A DNA stretch of 32,000 nt from positions 56,196-88,195 of the forward strand of contig CAKUIA010000011.1 of NCBI GenBank assembly GCA_934660865.1, in the 5' to 3' direction. The notes under the pieces were generated by a model. The model did not search any database, was not told the DNA's origin, and was given only the letters and a program-made list of their open reading frames with translations. Positions within the stretch are counted from its first letter, which is position 1. Each line of letters begins with the position of its first letter. Of the stretch, positions 24,166-32,000 are shown in pieces. The stretch comes from an uncultured Opitutales bacterium (GTDB lineage Bacteria; Verrucomicrobiota; Verrucomicrobiia; Opitutales; Intestinicryptomonadaceae). Both the position numbers and the translations under genes were made by a program.

Positions 24166-25197
24166 ATGCTTGCCGAATTTTTCGATAAAAAGGGCTTTCT
24201 TACGGCGTTGGCTCCCATGCAGGATATTACCGACGCCGGTTTTTTTGCGCGCATAGCCGAATGCGGCGCGCCCGATTTTTTTGTTTCGGAGTTTTTAAGA
24301 ATCACCCCTACTTCGAAGCTGGACCCAAAAATCTTAAACGCCGTATTAAGCAGGCCTGCGGGCAAAGATGTTGCCGCCCAGATAATAGGCTGCAGCATTC
24401 CAGATATAGAGCGCATTGTAAACGCCTATGCGCAGTATGGGCAAATAAACTGTTTGGATTTAAACGCGGGCTGCCCGGCGCCCAAAGTATACAAAAAAAA
24501 CGTCGGCGGCTCGCTATTAAAAGAACCGCGGGAAATTGCCGAAATTTTAAGGTGTATGCGCAAAAACTGGAGTAAAACCTTAAGCCTTAAAATGCGCATA
24601 GGTTTTGAAAACGACAAAAATTTCTACGAAATTTTGCGCATAGCCGAGGGCGAGGGGGTAGATTTTATTACAATACACGCCAGAACCGTAAAGCAGCTTT
24701 ACAGGGGGCAGGCCGACCATTCGTACACAAAAAAGGCGGTAGAATTTCTTAAAATTCCCGTAATTGCCAACGGCGACATAACCAGCGCACAAAAGGCGCT
24801 TGAGGTTTTAAACTACACAAAGGCACGCGGCGTTATGGTGGGGCGCTCTAGCGTAAGAAATCCGTGGATATTCCGCCAAATTTCGGAGGCCTTGTGCGGC
24901 AGAAAGATATACAAACCCACTTTGGGCGACGTTTTAAAATACGTATACGCGCTTTTTAACGACAATTCAAAGACATGCAGGGAGTGCAAATTGTCGGGCA
25001 GAATGAAAAAGTTTTTAAATTTTGTGGCGGTAGGGGTCGACAAAGACGGCAATTTTTTGAACGAAATGAGAAAAGCTTGCTCGACCGATGAACTTATGAA
25101 AGTATGCGAAAAACATCTAGGCGGAGAAAATTCGGAAAAACTGTTTGCTTTTGAACCGTATCCGGGTTTATGCTCGCGCCCTAACCACGAATCATAG
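24166..25197 (+). CDS. tRNA-dihydrouridine synthase
   Basis: 343 aa. Motifs: [23 protein letters not shown] (catalytic Cys) and [18 protein letters not shown]. It starts 1 nt after the BFN stop. Confidence 0.9.
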   Translation: MLAEFFDKKGFLTALAPMQDITDAGFFARIAECGAPDFFVSEFLRITPTSKLDPKILNAVLSRPAGKDVAAQIIGCSIPDIERIVNAYAQYGQINCLDLNAGCPAPKVYKKNVGGSLLKEPREIAEILRCMRKNWSKTLSLKMRIGFENDKNFYEILRIAEGEGVDFITIHARTVKQLYRGQADHSYTKKAVEFLKIPVIANGDITSAQKALEVLNYTKARGVMVGRSSVRNPWIFRQISEALCGRKIYKPTLGDVLKYVYALFNDNSKTCRECKLSGRMKKFLNFVAVGVDKDGNFLNEMRKACSTDELMKVCEKHLGGENSEKLFAFEPYPGLCSRPNHES

Positions 25198-25204
25198 AAT
25201 TTTT

Positions 25205-25987
25205 ATGTCAGCAAAAGTTTTTACAGTAGCAAACCAAAAAGGCGGCGTCGGTAAAACGACAACGGCGGTAAACTTGTCGGCGGCTCTCGCGCGCAGGAAA
25301 GTCCGCACCTTGTTGATTGATATGGACCAACAGGCAAGCGCAACAAGCGCGTTGGGCTTCGAAAAAAAGGCGGGAGCAAGCCTATACGATGTTTTGTTGG
25401 GCGAAAACACGGCAAAAAGCAAAGTAATTTCAACTAATAGGGAAAATTTGCATCTTATTCCGTCGGAAGTTGATATTTCCGCAATAGAAGTAGAGCTTTC
25501 GGCAAGGGAGAACTATTTGGTAAGGCTTGCAAACGCAATAGAGCCTTTAAAGGAGTCCGACGAATACGACGCGATTGTTATAGACGCGCCTCCCTCGTTG
25601 GGTTTGTTGTCGATGAACTCGCTTGCCGCTTCCGACTATTTGCTTATTGCGTTGCAGTGCGAATATATGGCAATGGAGGGGCTTGGGCAGATACTTAGCG
25701 TTGTAGAACAGCTAAGGACGGCCTCGGTTGCAAATGTAGAGCTTGGCGGCGTTGTTTTGACAATGTACGACTCGCGCACAAACCTTTCTAAACAGGTTGC
25801 AAACGAAGTCCGCAACTTTTTGCCCGACAACGTATTTAAAACGGTTATCCCGCGCACTGTAAGGCTTGCCGAAGCGCCGAGTTTCGGAAAGACAATATTC
25901 GAATATGCGCGCTTTAACGAGGGGGCTTTTGCCTACGACAAGCTCGCAAAAGAGTGCATAAAAAAGTTTGCGCTAAAGACAAAATAA
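25205..25987 (+). CDS. parA: ParA/Soj-type chromosome partitioning ATPase
   Basis: Deviant Walker A: [16 protein letters not shown]. Further motifs: DAPPSLG and [22 protein letters not shown] chose the start at ATG 25205 ([14 protein letters not shown]). The longer track ORF overlaps the dus end. Confidence 0.9.
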   Translation: MSAKVFTVANQKGGVGKTTTAVNLSAALARRKVRTLLIDMDQQASATSALGFEKKAGASLYDVLLGENTAKSKVISTNRENLHLIPSEVDISAIEVELSARENYLVRLANAIEPLKESDEYDAIVIDAPPSLGLLSMNSLAASDYLLIALQCEYMAMEGLGQILSVVEQLRTASVANVELGGVVLTMYDSRTNLSKQVANEVRNFLPDNVFKTVIPRTVRLAEAPSFGKTIFEYARFNEGAFAYDKLAKECIKKFALKTK

Positions 25988-26695
25988 GTGTCGGAAAATT
26001 CGGAGGACATAAACGGCTTTGTCGACGGCGCATTGGGCGCTTTCGAATCGCAAATAGGCTATGCCTTTAAAGACGCCTCTTTGCTTGGGCTTGCGTTGAC
26101 GCACCCGTCGGCGAATATCGGAGTTTCAAACCAAAGGCTCGAGTTTTTGGGAGACGCGGTGTTGTCGGCAATTATTTCCGAAAAGCTGTATCTTGAATAC
26201 CCCGACAAAAACGAGGGCGTTTTAACCGCCCTGCGCTCGGCGTATACGCGCGGTACGCACACGGCCGATATGGCGCTAAAAATGGGCTTTGCAAACGCAA
26301 TAAAGTTCGGGGGCGTTGTAGACGCCCAAAGGCTTTTAAAACTTAGGTCTCCGTTGGAAGACGCATTCGAAGCCGTTATTGGCGCAATATTTTTGGATTC
26401 CGATTTCGAGACCGCAAAGAAAACCGTTTTGGCGTGGTATAAGGGGCAAAACATAAGCCTGTTTAACGCGCAAACCTCGCAAAACCCAAAGGGGGCTTTG
26501 CAGGAACTGTGCGCAAAGCAGGGGCAAAGTTCGCCAGTCTACGAAATTGTGTCGGAAACGGGGGCGTCGAATAGCAGGGAGTTTGTCTGCAAAGTTTCGG
26601 CGCTCGGCAAAAGCCAAACGGGCGACCCCGAAAAAAGCAAAAAAGAAGCGCAGGCGAATGCCGCCGAAAAACTTTTAAGAATTTTAAATGCTTAA
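25988..26695 (+). CDS. rnc: Ribonuclease III
   Basis: 235 aa with a GTG start immediately after the parA stop. Signature QRLEFLGDAVL, plus a C-terminal dsRBD (ALQELCAKQG...KSKKEAQANAAEKLL). Confidence 0.93.
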   Translation: MSENSEDINGFVDGALGAFESQIGYAFKDASLLGLALTHPSANIGVSNQRLEFLGDAVLSAIISEKLYLEYPDKNEGVLTALRSAYTRGTHTADMALKMGFANAIKFGGVVDAQRLLKLRSPLEDAFEAVIGAIFLDSDFETAKKTVLAWYKGQNISLFNAQTSQNPKGALQELCAKQGQSSPVYEIVSETGASNSREFVCKVSALGKSQTGDPEKSKKEAQANAAEKLLRILNA

Positions 26696-29600
26696 GTGTA
26701 AATTTAACGGCAAACTGTTCACGCAAGTGCCGGCGGCAATAACTTCGCCCGTGGCGGCAAACGTTATTTGCGGACAAAAGCGCGATGTTTGCGTTCTGCT
26801 TTACGAGTCGTATTCGCAGTGCGAAAGCGCGTTTTATAAGCTCGAAAGCTTTTTAAAATCGCAAAATCAAGACGGCGAAACTTCGTATGTTTTGCGGCTG
26901 TTTCCGTCGGCAAATTCAAGCCTAAACCCCTTCGAAAGCTATTGCGCAAGGGCGGCGGTGCTGGGTGCGCTTTCGTCGCCCGTAAAGGGCGAAAAGCTTG
27001 TAATTTTAACCTCAATAGACGCCCTGTTCGAAAAGTTTGCCATGCCCGACGACAATTCGCACATAGTAATAGAAAAGGGGCAAAAAATTTCGATGTCGGA
27101 CTTGGCCGACACTTTGGGCAATAAATACGGCTACTACAACGAGGTTTTGTGCGAAAGCCCCGGCCAATACGCCCTTAGAGGCTCGGTTTTAGACATATAC
27201 CCCGTTTCGGCGCTTAGCCCCTATAGGCTGGACTTTTTCGGCAATGTAGTAGACGGCATTAAAAGTTTCGACAGCTCAACGCAAATGACAAAGGGCGCGG
27301 TAGATTCTATTAGAATAGACAGCGCCTCGTACAAAACCGAGCGCGCGCAAACGCTGGCAAATTTGCTTAAAAAAGGCTCGCTTATAGGCTTTGTCGACAT
27401 CTCGTATATGTACCGCAGGTGTCCCGAAGTTTTTTTGTATAACGACAACGGCTCTGCAGGCAGCGGTTTTTCGAAAAGCGACCTAGGCAACTTCGAGTTT
27501 TTTGCCATAACTTCGCTGGACACTGCAAGCGAGCTTTTCGACGAAAGCTGCGCCGTAAAAATTTCGGGCGAACCCGTTTCGGTTTATCTTAATGTAAACT
27601 TCGGCAATCTGATAGGCGCAGAAAGGGTAAGGTCGGAATCGCAGGCGCGGGCCGATTTCCTGCAAAAACTGGCGCAGCTTCAAAAAGACGGCTACGATAT
27701 TTTTGTTGAAGCCGCCAACGAATCCGAAAAAAAGCTGGTAAAAACCCAAATTAAAAGCCTTTCGCTAAAGCTTAGCGTAATTTTTACAGACCCGTTTTTC
27801 GGCGAGGGCTTTGTTTTGGATTTTCAAAAGTCGCACTTTAAGCTTAACGCGAAATCAAACAAGGGCGCGGTTTTTGTAAGCCAGGCGGAATTTTTCGGCC
27901 GCAAAAACAAGGTGTTTGCGGGGGCAAACAAACAGGTAAAGCCCGTAAAAACGCAAATAGACACGGCCCTAGATTTCTCGGAATTGGCCGAGGGCGACAT
28001 TCTTGTGCATGTAGGCCACGGCGTTTGCAAATACAGGGGGCTTTGCTCGGTAAACTCGCCCGCGGGCGTGCAGGAAACCATTAAGCTGGAATTCGACGAA
28101 AACGCCTTTTTGTATGTTCCTTTGCACAACGCGTATCTGCTTACGCGCTACTTAAACCTCGACAAAAAATCGCCAAAACTTTCAAAGCTAGACGCAAAGT
28201 CGTGGTTGAAAGTTCGCAGCTCGGCCGAAAAGGCGTCGCTAGACTACGCCGCCGAACTGCTTAACGTGCAGGCAAAGCGCGAAAGCACAAAGGGCATTGC
28301 ATTCCCCGAAGACGACGATTGGCAAAAAAGCTTCGACGATTCCTTCCCCTTTGCGGAAACGCCCGACCAACTGCATGCCATAGAAGACGTTAAAAAGGAT
28401 ATGCAGTCGGAAAATCCGATGGAGCGCCTTATTTGCGCCGATGTGGGCTTCGGCAAAACCGAGGTTGCAATGCGGGCAGTGTTTAAGGCGGCAAGCAGCG
28501 GCAGGCAGGCCGCGGTTTTGTGCCCCACAACCATTTTGTGCCAGCAGCACTTTATGAATTTTAAAGACAGGTTTGCGCCTTACCCGATTGTTGTCGAAAG
28601 CCTTTCGCGCTTTAAAACAAAGGCGCAGGCAGACGCCGTAAAGGCGCAGCTGGCCTCGGGCGCAATAGATGTTATTATCGGTACGCACGCCCTGTTAAGC
28701 GACGATGTAGGCTTTGCAAATTTGGGGCTGTTGGTTATAGACGAAGAGCACCGATTCGGCGTAAAGAACAAGGAAAAAATAAAAAAACTGGCGTCGAATA
28801 TCGACATTCTTACGATGAGCGCCACGCCCATTCCCAGAACGCTTTATTTTGCAATGATGGGCGCAAAACAAATGAGCGTTATGGAAACTCCCCCGCGCGA
28901 CAGGCTGCCGGTGGAAACCTTTGTAAGGGAATATTCGCCGGCGGCGGTAAAAGAGGCCATAGGCAGGGAGATTTTGCGCGGCGGGCAAGTTTTTTACCTG
29001 CATAACGAGGTAAAAACAATCGAGCAAAAAGCCGCGCAAATACGCGAAATGTTCCCGTCTTTAAGGGTTGCCGTTGGCCACGGGCAAATGGGCGAGCACA
29101 AGCTCGAAAAACTTATGTGCGAATTTATAGACGGCAAATACGACCTTTTGGTTTGTACTACAATTATAGAATCGGGCATAGACATTCCCAACTGCAACAC
29201 AATAATTATAGATTCGGCCGACAGGTTCGGCTTGGCGCAGCTTTACCAGCTAAGGGGCAGGGTTGGGCGCTTTAATAGACAGGCCTATGCGTACCTGTTT
29301 TTGCGCGACAAAGACATTATTGTGCAAAAGGCGAAGGAAAGGCTTTCGGCCATAAGGCAATATAATAAACCCGGCGCCGGCTTTAGAATTGCCGCCCGCG
29401 ACCTGCAGCTTAGGGGTTGCGGCAACATATTGGGCGCGCGCCAAAGCGGGCATATTGCGGGAGTTGGCTTCGATTTATACTGCTCGCTTTTAAGGCAAAG
29501 CGTTGCCCGCCTAAAAGGCGAAAAGGTTGCCTTTGCAATCAGGGCAAAGATAGATTTAGACTTTATAAAATTGGGAGACTACGAAGCCGCATTGGCCATT

Positions 29601-30044
29601 TCGCGCGCAAAAGCACCCGCAAGCGAAACGCAGCTGTTTGCCGAGAAAAAAGAGCCGCTAAAATTGGCGATGGCGCTGATTTCCAAAGACTATGTTCCGC
29701 AGGCGCAAATACGCATAGATATGTACAGAAAAATTGCGCTGCTCGAAACCGAAAGCGATTTAAAAGAGCTTAAAAAAACTTTTAAAGACCGTTTCGGCAA
29801 AATTCCGCCCGAAACCGAAAGGCTTTTTGCGTTGGCGAAAATAAGGATTTTAGCCGAGCAAAACTCGTTTTCGTGCGTTTCAAGCGAGGGCGACCTTTTA
29901 AAGTTAAGGGAGGCCTTTAGCGCCAAAGACGTATTTTTTAGGGTGGCCGGCGCCATTCCGAGATTGACAAAACAAAATCCCGACGAAAAACTTTTGGAAA
30001 TAGAAAATTATTTAAGATACACAGTTAAGAGCGTCAGAAAATGA
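26688..30044 (+). CDS. mfd: Transcription-repair coupling factor
   Basis: 1118 aa. Helicase motif I DVGFGKTEVAMRA, motif II VIDEEHRFGV, LRGRVGR, and the TRG-region length and layout typical of Mfd. It overlaps rnc by 8 nt. Confidence 0.95.
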   Translation: MLKCKFNGKLFTQVPAAITSPVAANVICGQKRDVCVLLYESYSQCESAFYKLESFLKSQNQDGETSYVLRLFPSANSSLNPFESYCARAAVLGALSSPVKGEKLVILTSIDALFEKFAMPDDNSHIVIEKGQKISMSDLADTLGNKYGYYNEVLCESPGQYALRGSVLDIYPVSALSPYRLDFFGNVVDGIKSFDSSTQMTKGAVDSIRIDSASYKTERAQTLANLLKKGSLIGFVDISYMYRRCPEVFLYNDNGSAGSGFSKSDLGNFEFFAITSLDTASELFDESCAVKISGEPVSVYLNVNFGNLIGAERVRSESQARADFLQKLAQLQKDGYDIFVEAANESEKKLVKTQIKSLSLKLSVIFTDPFFGEGFVLDFQKSHFKLNAKSNKGAVFVSQAEFFGRKNKVFAGANKQVKPVKTQIDTALDFSELAEGDILVHVGHGVCKYRGLCSVNSPAGVQETIKLEFDENAFLYVPLHNAYLLTRYLNLDKKSPKLSKLDAKSWLKVRSSAEKASLDYAAELLNVQAKRESTKGIAFPEDDDWQKSFDDSFPFAETPDQLHAIEDVKKDMQSENPMERLICADVGFGKTEVAMRAVFKAASSGRQAAVLCPTTILCQQHFMNFKDRFAPYPIVVESLSRFKTKAQADAVKAQLASGAIDVIIGTHALLSDDVGFANLGLLVIDEEHRFGVKNKEKIKKLASNIDILTMSATPIPRTLYFAMMGAKQMSVMETPPRDRLPVETFVREYSPAAVKEAIGREILRGGQVFYLHNEVKTIEQKAAQIREMFPSLRVAVGHGQMGEHKLEKLMCEFIDGKYDLLVCTTIIESGIDIPNCNTIIIDSADRFGLAQLYQLRGRVGRFNRQAYAYLFLRDKDIIVQKAKERLSAIRQYNKPGAGFRIAARDLQLRGCGNILGARQSGHIAGVGFDLYCSLLRQSVARLKGEKVAFAIRAKIDLDFIKLGDYEAALAISRAKAPASETQLFAEKKEPLKLAMALISKDYVPQAQIRIDMYRKIALLETESDLKELKKTFKDRFGKIPPETERLFALAKIRILAEQNSFSCVSSEGDLLKLREAFSAKDVFFRVAGAIPRLTKQNPDEKLLEIENYLRYTVKSVRK

Positions 30045-31030
30045 TAGGTAAATTTTTATATATGGCGGCGGCGTTTTTTGCCTGCACGCAACTTTATGCA
30101 CAAAGCTACGGCACTTTTACGCAGTATTCGCAAAAGCCGCAGGCAAAGCAAATGGGCTACGACAGCATTGTTGCCATTGTCGAAGACAAGGTTATTACAA
30201 ACGCGCAGCTGGCAAAGGAAATGGCCCCGTTTTTGTCGCGCTTAAAGGCGTCGGCGCGTACCCAATACGAGTACGAAAAGAATTACGAAAGCCTTAAAAG
30301 CGAAATACTAAACAACCTTGTAAACAAGATTTTGATTGTTAAAAACTTTAAGGAAAAGGGAATGCAAATTCCCAAAAGCTATCTAGATTCGCACTTCGAC
30401 GAATACATAAAAAGCGAGTTTCACGGCGACAGAAACGAGTTTTTAAAGTATATACAAAACGAGGGCAAAACCGTAAAACAGTTTAAGCAGGAACAGGAAG
30501 AAGACATTATTGTAGACTACATGCAGGGCCAGCAAAGGCGTTCGGTTTCGGAGATAAGCCCCGCAAAGATTTTGGAATATTACAAGGCAAACAAATCAAA
30601 ATGGTTCGAGCCCGAAAGCGTAAACCTAAAGCAGATAACGCTTTCGGCTTCCGACGGCGAGCTTGCAAAAACAATAGTTAAAGAGGCTGCCGAAAAGAAC
30701 AATTTTGAAGACCTTGCAAAAAAATTCAGCAAAGACAAAAATACCGCAAAAAAAGGCGGCGATTGGGGTTGGTATAAAAAGGGCGAGCTTGTTCCGCAGC
30801 TTGATACCGTGGCCTTTGCGCTGCAAAAAGGGCAGGTTGGCGAGCCTGTTTTAATTGGCGATACAATATTTATTTTAAAAGTTGCCGACCGCCGCAAAGA
30901 GGGCGTGCAAGATCTCGACAGCGTAAGGGAGCAAATAGAGTGGGCTTTGGTCGGGCAAAACGCCACAAAAGCCTACAAAAAGTGGGTTGAAAAACTTAGG
31001 AAAGACGCCTACATAAAATTCGAGCAGTAG
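30041..31030 (+). CDS. Periplasmic peptidyl-prolyl isomerase, SurA/PrsA-like parvulin
   Basis: 329 aa. Signal peptide MIGKFLYMAAAFFACTQLYAQ, a SurA-N-like chaperone region, and a parvulin domain (GGDWGWYKKGELVPQLDTVAFALQKGQVGEPV). The start overlaps the mfd stop as ATGA. Confidence 0.8.
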   Translation: MIGKFLYMAAAFFACTQLYAQSYGTFTQYSQKPQAKQMGYDSIVAIVEDKVITNAQLAKEMAPFLSRLKASARTQYEYEKNYESLKSEILNNLVNKILIVKNFKEKGMQIPKSYLDSHFDEYIKSEFHGDRNEFLKYIQNEGKTVKQFKQEQEEDIIVDYMQGQQRRSVSEISPAKILEYYKANKSKWFEPESVNLKQITLSASDGELAKTIVKEAAEKNNFEDLAKKFSKDKNTAKKGGDWGWYKKGELVPQLDTVAFALQKGQVGEPVLIGDTIFILKVADRRKEGVQDLDSVREQIEWALVGQNATKAYKKWVEKLRKDAYIKFEQ

Positions 31031-31038
31031 GGTGAATT

Positions 31039-31071
31039 GCGGCAAACAAGGTTTTGCCGCTTTTTTTTTTT
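31039..31071 (+). terminator. Intrinsic terminator ending the seven-gene operon
   Basis: Stem GCGGCAAA (31039-31046) pairs with TTTGCCGC (31053-31060), followed by T11. Confidence 0.8.
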
Positions 31072-31212
31072 GAAGAAAATCAACGTTTCAAACCGCTTTT
31101 TATTTTGCAAATATAAAAAGGCTTTTTGTTTTAAGGGCCAAAAAGAAAACAGAATTTTATTGACTGCAAAACAAAAATATAAATGATATTTAGGATATTT
31201 TCACCACCAAAC

Positions 31213-31300
31213 GGAGAGATGTCGGAGTGGTCGAACGAGCGCGATTGGAAATCGCGTATAGGTCAAAAGCCTATCGGGGGTTCGAATCCCCCTCTCTCCG
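31213..31300 (+). tRNA. tRNA-Ser (anticodon GGA), class II with long variable arm
   Basis: Hand-folded:
- Acceptor GGAGAGA pairs with TCTCTCC, with discriminator G.
- 3-bp D stem.
- Anticodon stem CGCGA/TCGCG with loop TTGGAAA, giving anticodon GGA.
- 19-nt variable arm TATAGGTCAAAAGCCTATC.
- T arm GGGGG-TTCGAAT-CCCCC.
No encoded CCA. Confidence 0.95.
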
Positions 31301-31311
31301 CGTAAACGGAA

Positions 31312-31347
31312 CAAAAAGCAAAACCCCGATGGGGTTTTGCTTTTTTT
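31312..31347 (+). terminator. Intrinsic terminator after tRNA-Ser
   Basis: Stem AGCAAAACCCC (31317-31327) pairs with GGGGTTTTGCT (31331-31341) across loop GAT, followed by a T-run. Confidence 0.8.
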
Positions 31348-31451
31348 ATGAAAATATTTTACTAGAGAACGAAGTTCTATGAAGAAAATATTTTTATAAA
31401 AAAAGAAGCCCGCGTTAGCAGGCGCAACTTTTTGTTTTGTTTTCCACGCAA

Positions 31452-31492
31452 AGAGGCAAGGGATGGCCGCAAAACGGCAATCCCTCTTTTCT
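31452..31492 (+). terminator. Second terminator-like hairpin in the tRNA-integrase spacer
   Basis: AGGGATGGCCG (31459-31469) pairs with CGGCAATCCCT (31075+400, i.e. 31475-31485): 10 bp with one internal mismatch and loop CAAAA. It is followed by CTTTTCT. The T-rich trail is present only on the + strand. Its function is unknown. Confidence 0.35.
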
Positions 31493-31663
31493 GGCATTAT
31501 GTTGCGAATATGTCTTTTCTTATGGTACCACCCTCTGTTTGAAACTGCTTCATCGTATGGGTTTAACTGGTGTGTTTCGCGCTCAGATGTGCGACCAAAC
31601 CGCAACATCGTCTCCGCAAAATCCGTTGAGGACGGAACTATTAAACTAACAAAATTGGATATT

Positions 31664-31750
31664 TTGGGTCAACCCCAAAGGTTGTGGAATAAGGTTTTTT
31701 TTGTAATTTGTTTTTCATAGTTTTATTGGGTCAACACCAAAGAGAGTGGA
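31664..31750. repeat. Pair of imperfect 25-bp direct repeats just downstream of the integrase stop
   Basis: TTGGGTCAACCCCAAAGGTTGTGGA (31664-31688) versus TTGGGTCAACACCAAAGAGAGTGGA (31726-31750). 21 of 25 positions are identical, with a 62-bp period. Confidence 0.6.
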
Positions 31751-31796
31751 TATTAATGAAAGACGCCGCATAGGACCAAGACCCTTAATCTGTAAT

Positions 31797-32000
31797 TTAG
31801 GCTTCGAAAAAGCTTTTTGCTTGGGTGCGGGAAATGCCGTGCATATTGACGTAGCGGCTGCGCAGGAGCGATAGGTCGCTATGGCCCATATTAAGTTGCA
31901 GGCGGGGCAAGTCGGCATAGTGCTTGGCGTGGAAGCTGGCGTAGGTATGGCGAAGAACGTCTTGTACCCAGCAACCGCGAAAGCCAGAGTTGTCGCGGAT
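31797..32000 (-). CDS. Tyrosine recombinase/integrase, C-terminal 67 codons only (N-terminus beyond the right edge)
   Basis: This ORF is absent from the supplied track. My own translation of the minus strand from 32000 is IRDNSGFRGCWVQDVLRHTYASFHAKHYADLPRLQLNMGHSDLSLLRSRYVNMHGISRTQAKSFFEA, with the stop at 31799-31797. It contains the catalytic box II pattern: R-H-T-x-A-S, G-H-S and the nucleophile Y in RYV. Confidence 0.8.
   Translation of the reverse strand: MRDNSGFRGCWVQDVLRHTYASFHAKHYADLPRLQLNMGHSDLSLLRSRYVNMHGISRTQAKSFFEA

Noticed and set aside
25988-26695. The ORF directly after parA, checked as a possible ParB or McdB-like partner.
   Set aside because: It has the RNase III signature (LEFLGDAVL) and a dsRBD, so it is rnc and not a partition protein.
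31201-31608. 135-aa minus-strand ORF spanning the tRNA-Ser and its terminator.
   Set aside because: It overlaps a cleanly folding tRNA and two hairpins, and its composition is not protein-like. It is an artefact of stop-poor sequence.
31641-31718. 25-codon minus-strand ORF (MKNKLQKKPYSTTFGVDPKYPILLV) between the direct repeats, considered as an excisionase.
   Set aside because: It is far too short for known Xis/Rdf proteins and has no helix-turn-helix or winged-helix pattern. It is probably just the repeat sequence read in frame.
31715-31918. 67-aa minus-strand ORF (MPTCPACNLIW...).
   Set aside because: It is out of frame with the integrase reading frame and overlaps it. The integrase frame carries the RHT/GHS/RY catalytic motifs.
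1-32000. Frequent words such as TTGCCGAAA and TTTCGGCAA seen by eye, considered as a DNA-uptake-type signal given the comEC gene.
   Set aside because: The words occur inside coding regions in both orientations and fit the local codon and amino-acid bias (Ala/Glu/Lys/Phe). I cannot compute enrichment without tools, so I make no claim.

Overview
This is a dense, mostly housekeeping stretch of bacterial chromosome. I can support 27 protein-coding genes, one tRNA and about eight hairpin terminators. No rRNA or other marker lets me name the organism.

Left to right:
- A minus-strand operon: a ClpX-like AAA+ ATPase, a UbiE/MenG-type methyltransferase and an RluA-family pseudouridine synthase. A secreted helical protein follows and runs off the left edge.
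- An HU/IHF-like protein and hisS.
- A stand-alone two-gene polysaccharide export module: a Wza-like protein plus a Wzc-like BY-kinase with an unusual N-terminal Gly/Tyr/Asn repeat.
- A type-1 periplasmic-binding-fold lipoprotein, a short-form comEC, tilS and ftsH.
- purB and tgt.
- Divergent RlmD-like and TrmH-family RNA methyltransferases.
- An NCS1-like permease and aroK.
- A seven-gene, terminator-free, tightly coupled operon: DEAD-box helicase, DUF151/BFN nuclease, Dus, orphan ParA/Soj, rnc, mfd and a SurA-like parvulin.
- tRNA-Ser(GGA).
- At the right edge, the last 67 codons of a tyrosine recombinase reading toward the tRNA. This is probably the border of an integrated element whose cargo lies outside the window.

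I see no CRISPR array, IS element, toxin-antitoxin pair or recognisable defence gene, and no convincing complete novel multi-gene system inside the window.

The observations most worth follow-up are:
- the tRNA-Ser/integrase junction and its repeat-rich 0.5 kb spacer;
- the 13-tyrosine [G/S/N]-Y-G repeat at the Wzc N-terminus;
- the zinc-finger-less ClpX paralogue with a C-terminal extension;
- the helicase-nuclease translational coupling;
- a pattern of -10-like boxes 6-8 nt from start codons with almost no Shine-Dalgarno sequences, suggesting leaderless mRNAs.

All product calls come from motif recognition by eye. No database search was run.
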